Source of the DNA: Macrostomum lignano
Lineage: Eukaryota
Direction of reading: 5' to 3'
Length of the DNA stretch: 64,000 nt
Assembly (NCBI GenBank): GCA_002269645.1
Contig: NIVC01000064.1
Span: 310,001 to 374,000, forward strand
Shown piece after piece: positions 60,801 to 64,000 of the stretch; positions within the stretch are counted from its first letter, which is position 1, and the number at the start of each line of letters is the position of its first letter. Made by a program: the position numbers and the translations under genes. The notes beneath the pieces were generated by a model that ran no database searches, was not told the origin of the DNA, and was given only the letters and a program-made list of their open reading frames with translations.

Positions 60801-62378
60801 TACCCTTTAGCACCTGTCCCTGATCGGGTTTGACTGTCACATATTCATACTCAAATGTCACAGCCATCACTGTGATCAAAGCGCCGAAAAATGCTTCCAA
60901 TTTGCGAAGGCCGCACTCTTCAATTAGCAGGAAGGTGAACGTGTCCACTATGGTGACAAGGACGCCTGCCCACAGTGGCATGACTCCGTTTGAAATCAGG
61001 TTGAGCGCGATTGCTGTGCCAATTACTTCCTGTGAAGTTTTTTGGTAGATAAAAATAACATGCGTTCGTACTTATCGAGCAGGCATCTCATGTACATGTA
61101 TCTGCCATGCCATACTCGCGGACAATCGAAGTACATGTAGAATGATACTACTCTCCTATTTTCTTAGAAATGAGCTGGAGGCACGGGTTTCATTTGAATT
61201 TGTCTATGGCTAAACCCCATTCATCGCTAAGCGTTCTCTGGAACAGACGAGCGTAAATACACTGGCGATGCGACAAAAAGAAAATCGACTGGTGTCCTTC
61301 TACTTCCGTTGTCCATGGTCATAGTTTTTAGCAGGGTTGTAGCCCAGTGGTTAGAGCGTCGGACTTGAACGAATTGATGGTCGGGGGTTCGATTCCCGAT
61401 CCCACTGGAACAATTTGTGTCCTTGAGCAAGACGCTTAACTCTGCATTGCTTCAGTTCACCCAGCTGTAAAATGGGTGCCAGCATTAGCTGGGCTAATTG
61501 AGGCTGTGTGTGGCGACCCCCCCCCCCCCAGTCCTTGGGCTGAACAGCCGTACGCAGCCTTCAGATGCGCCGCGCAATAGCTGTGGCTGAGCTGTCGGTT
61601 GCACATCTGGCCAAATTAGGGCATCTAATAGTAACTAATAATAATAATAATAAATTAGTAATCACACGTTTTTTCCGAATACGAGATGCCTCACTTTTTT
61701 ATCAGGTGTCAACAGGGTCTCTTTTATCTCACAAGTGACTCACCCATCAAGCAAGGTGTTTGATTAAGTCTAACAGGTGGACATTCTTAACTAATACGCT
61801 CGTAGCAAATCGATTAAAAAACCGACTGATTTTGCTGTCACAAATTGACGGCCAAATTGCTACTACTATCGCCTAAAAACTGTCTCTAAAAGTGCAACCT
61901 AATAATAGTACATTTTTACCTGCATATCGGATCCGATAATGGCAATTTCAATCATCAGCCACAGTATGAACCGAGGCACACGCGGATACAGCTTCGAGCA
62001 CACCTCAGCCAGGTGCTGACCGCTGACCACTCCCAGCCGGGCAGCCAGGCGCTGCATCAACAATCCAAGAATGTGAGCGAGCAGCAGCAGCCACAGCAGC
62101 TTGAAACCGGCGAGACTGCCGCTCTGCAGGTCCGACTCAACATTTCCCGGATCCAAATAGGCGATGCTCATCAGGAAGCCCGGACCAGTGAAGGCCCACA
62201 GCTTGCGGAAGGAGAAACCCGTGCCGAAGCAGGCGTTGGGATCTGTGTCGCCCTCTGGGATGGGGATTTTTTCGTCAAAGTAGGTCTCGACTCCGTTTGC
62301 AGCTGCTGGGCTGTTGGAGTCGGTCTGACTGGCCGAGCCATGCTGCTCTTCATCGAGCTTTGTTGGCGAACTGCTCAT
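57894..62378 (-). CDS. SLC11A2: Nramp/SLC11 divalent metal transporter (DMT1/Malvolio-like), 566 aa, join(61920..62378,60754..61029,59313..59709,57894..58462)
   Basis: Signature motifs [24 protein letters not shown]|[36 protein letters not shown]|[22 protein letters not shown]. Total 1701 nt. The SLC11A1 vs A2 assignment is nominal for an invertebrate. Confidence 0.95.
58490..59230. repeat. 28-bp minisatellite GGGGTTGGGATTCTCTGGGGAATCCTAT, interrupted at ~58920-59113 (Nramp intron 3)
   Basis: Direct reading. Confidence 0.9.
59755..60722. repeat. 28/31-bp minisatellite AACCCTAGATTCTTAGATAAGCT(GCT)GACAC (Nramp intron 2)
   Basis: Direct reading. Confidence 0.95.
61331..61655 (+). mobile_element. 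tRNA-derived SINE with CORE-like central domain and (TAA)n tail, in Nramp intron 1
   Basis: A box TAGCCCAGTGG, B box GGTTCGATTCC, then GTGTCCTTGAGCAAGACGCTTAACTCT...CAGCTGTAAAATGGG (CORE-like), then a TAATAATAA tail; a second copy lies at 44750. Confidence 0.82.
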
Positions 62379-62429
62379 CCCAATGGCTTCAGCTGAGGAC
62401 TGAGGAAGGGGTTCGTCTCCTGTATCTCT

Positions 62430-63115
62430 CTACTTGCCTCAATCCGCCCTCTTCCTACCTTTTATCCGCCCTCTACCTATCTCTATCTGCCCTCTTCCTG
62501 CCTTTTATCCGCCCTCTACCTATCTCTCTATCTGCCTTTTACCTATCTCTCTATCCGCCCTCTACCTATCTCTATCCGCCCTCTACCTATCGCTATCCGC
62601 TCTCTATCTGTCTCTCTATCCGCCCTCTACCTATCTCTATCCGCCCTCTACCTATCGCTATCCGCTCTCTACCTGTCTCTCTGTCTGCCCTCTACCTATC
62701 TCTATCCGCCCTCTACCTATCGCTATCCGCTCTCTACCTGTCTCTCTGTCTGCCCTCTACCTATCGCTATCCGCTCTCTATCTGTCTCTCTATCCGCCCT
62801 CTACCTGTCTCTCTATCTGACTTCTACCTGTCTCGATCCGCCCTCTACCTATCTCTATCCGCCCTCTACCTGTCTCTCTATCTGACTTTTACCTGTCTCG
62901 ATCCGCCCTCTACCTGTCTCTCTGTCTGCCCTCCATCTGTTTCTCTATCCGATCTCTACCTGTCTCTCCGCTCTCTACCTGTCTCTCTATCCGCCCTCTA
63001 TCTGTCTCTCTATCCACCCTCTACCTGCTTCTCTATCCGCCCTCTACCTGCCTCTATATGACCTCTACCTACCTTTCAATCCACCATCTATCTGCCTCTA
63101 TCCGCTTTCTACTCT
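62430..63115. repeat. ~23-bp minisatellite TATCCGCCCTCTACCTATCTCTC (upstream of the Nramp ATG, probably a 5'-UTR intron)
   Basis: Direct reading. Confidence 0.88.
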
Positions 63116-64000
63116 GCGTCCTTACAAATAGTTACCTGCTAATCCTATTTTAAGTGAGCTTATTAAATGGATTTTGGTTTCAGCTGAATTTAGACGGCAT
63201 TGCTTAAGATAAACTTTTTATTGATTAATTCTGCTGAAGGTAAAAATTTGTTAACCGGTAAATAATTGCTGACACCTTCCCAATTATTGTTAGTTTCCTA
63301 ATCAGATATTACGACACAAAAGTTACATCGGCTGTACATACCACAGCAGCAGGTAGGCTTCGGCTAACTTCGGTTGTTCGGGATAGTGTGCTAAATAAAA
63401 TCTATTTGAAATTTCAAATATAACAATTTACTGCTATATTTTAGATTGCCAAACTCGTTTCACTCGTTGAACCAAACTCTATCCCTCTTATCAGTTCACT
63501 CCTCGCTCTTTGCTTAAAGTCAAAGTCCAGTTTGTTATATGTTGCAGTTCAGAACTCTTAGATTGTACAGTAATTACTTGCAGTCCGCATGTCTCTCCCA
63601 GAGACTGTAAATAAATGTACATAGATTTCTATTGTATAAAATAATGTACATTTACCACTGACACAAACGCGCTGAACTCTATTACGCATTTAAAATTTAT
63701 GCGCGAGTTTAATGGTGGCCCGTTTGTTGTAATGATTGAGAACTACGAAAAATATGTAGCCCTAAAAAAGTTGTTTTTTAAAATAAAAGAACCTAAATTG
63801 GCAAGTGCACTAGTTAAAATTTGCAGGAAATGCCTGAATGTATCATACGAGTATTTACAGTATCGGCAAAATAGAAAAATGCAAGTAGCTGCAATTCTCG
63901 ATACTTAATAAGTATGAGCCTCGCCAAGCAGCACCAAGGGCGCCTTGCCCCTGGTGCTAAGATGCCTAAGATCCTAAGATGCCAGCACCAAGGGGCTTTA

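Noticed and set aside
61331-61405. tRNA gene (also 44760-44820)
   Set aside because: A and B boxes are present but no acceptor stem closes a cloverleaf, and both continue into the same SINE body.

Overview
Eukaryotic, intron-rich animal genomic DNA. Short GC-rich exons are separated by introns that are mostly filled with private minisatellites. This architecture resembles the flatworm Macrostomum, which is an inference from style only. I assembled gene models by hand from splice sites and reading-frame phase. They are: the 3' end of a CAF1/CNOT7-type deadenylase (+); a 22-exon VWA3B-like gene (-, 6212-32077, ~1840 aa) with extra C-terminal Tudor-like modules and one apparent 1-bp frameshift; an FKBP4/5-type immunophilin nested antisense in VWA3B intron 10; a 3-exon coiled-coil orphan gene (+); a 4-exon MARCH-like RING/2-TM gene (+); an orphan ORF (-); and an Nramp/SLC11 metal transporter (-) with a GC-AG intron. 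Mobile elements are an internally deleted long-TIR mariner, two MITEs and two copies of a tRNA-headed CORE-like SINE. About 40 tandem arrays are present, several sharing sequence cores. Most long ORFs in the supplied track are translations of repeats. I found no CRISPR array, rRNA or true tRNA gene. No wholly new system can be demonstrated from sequence alone. The most unusual signals are the systematic intron filling by related minisatellites, an array that looks like an amplified RFX X-box, and the nested divergent FKBP.
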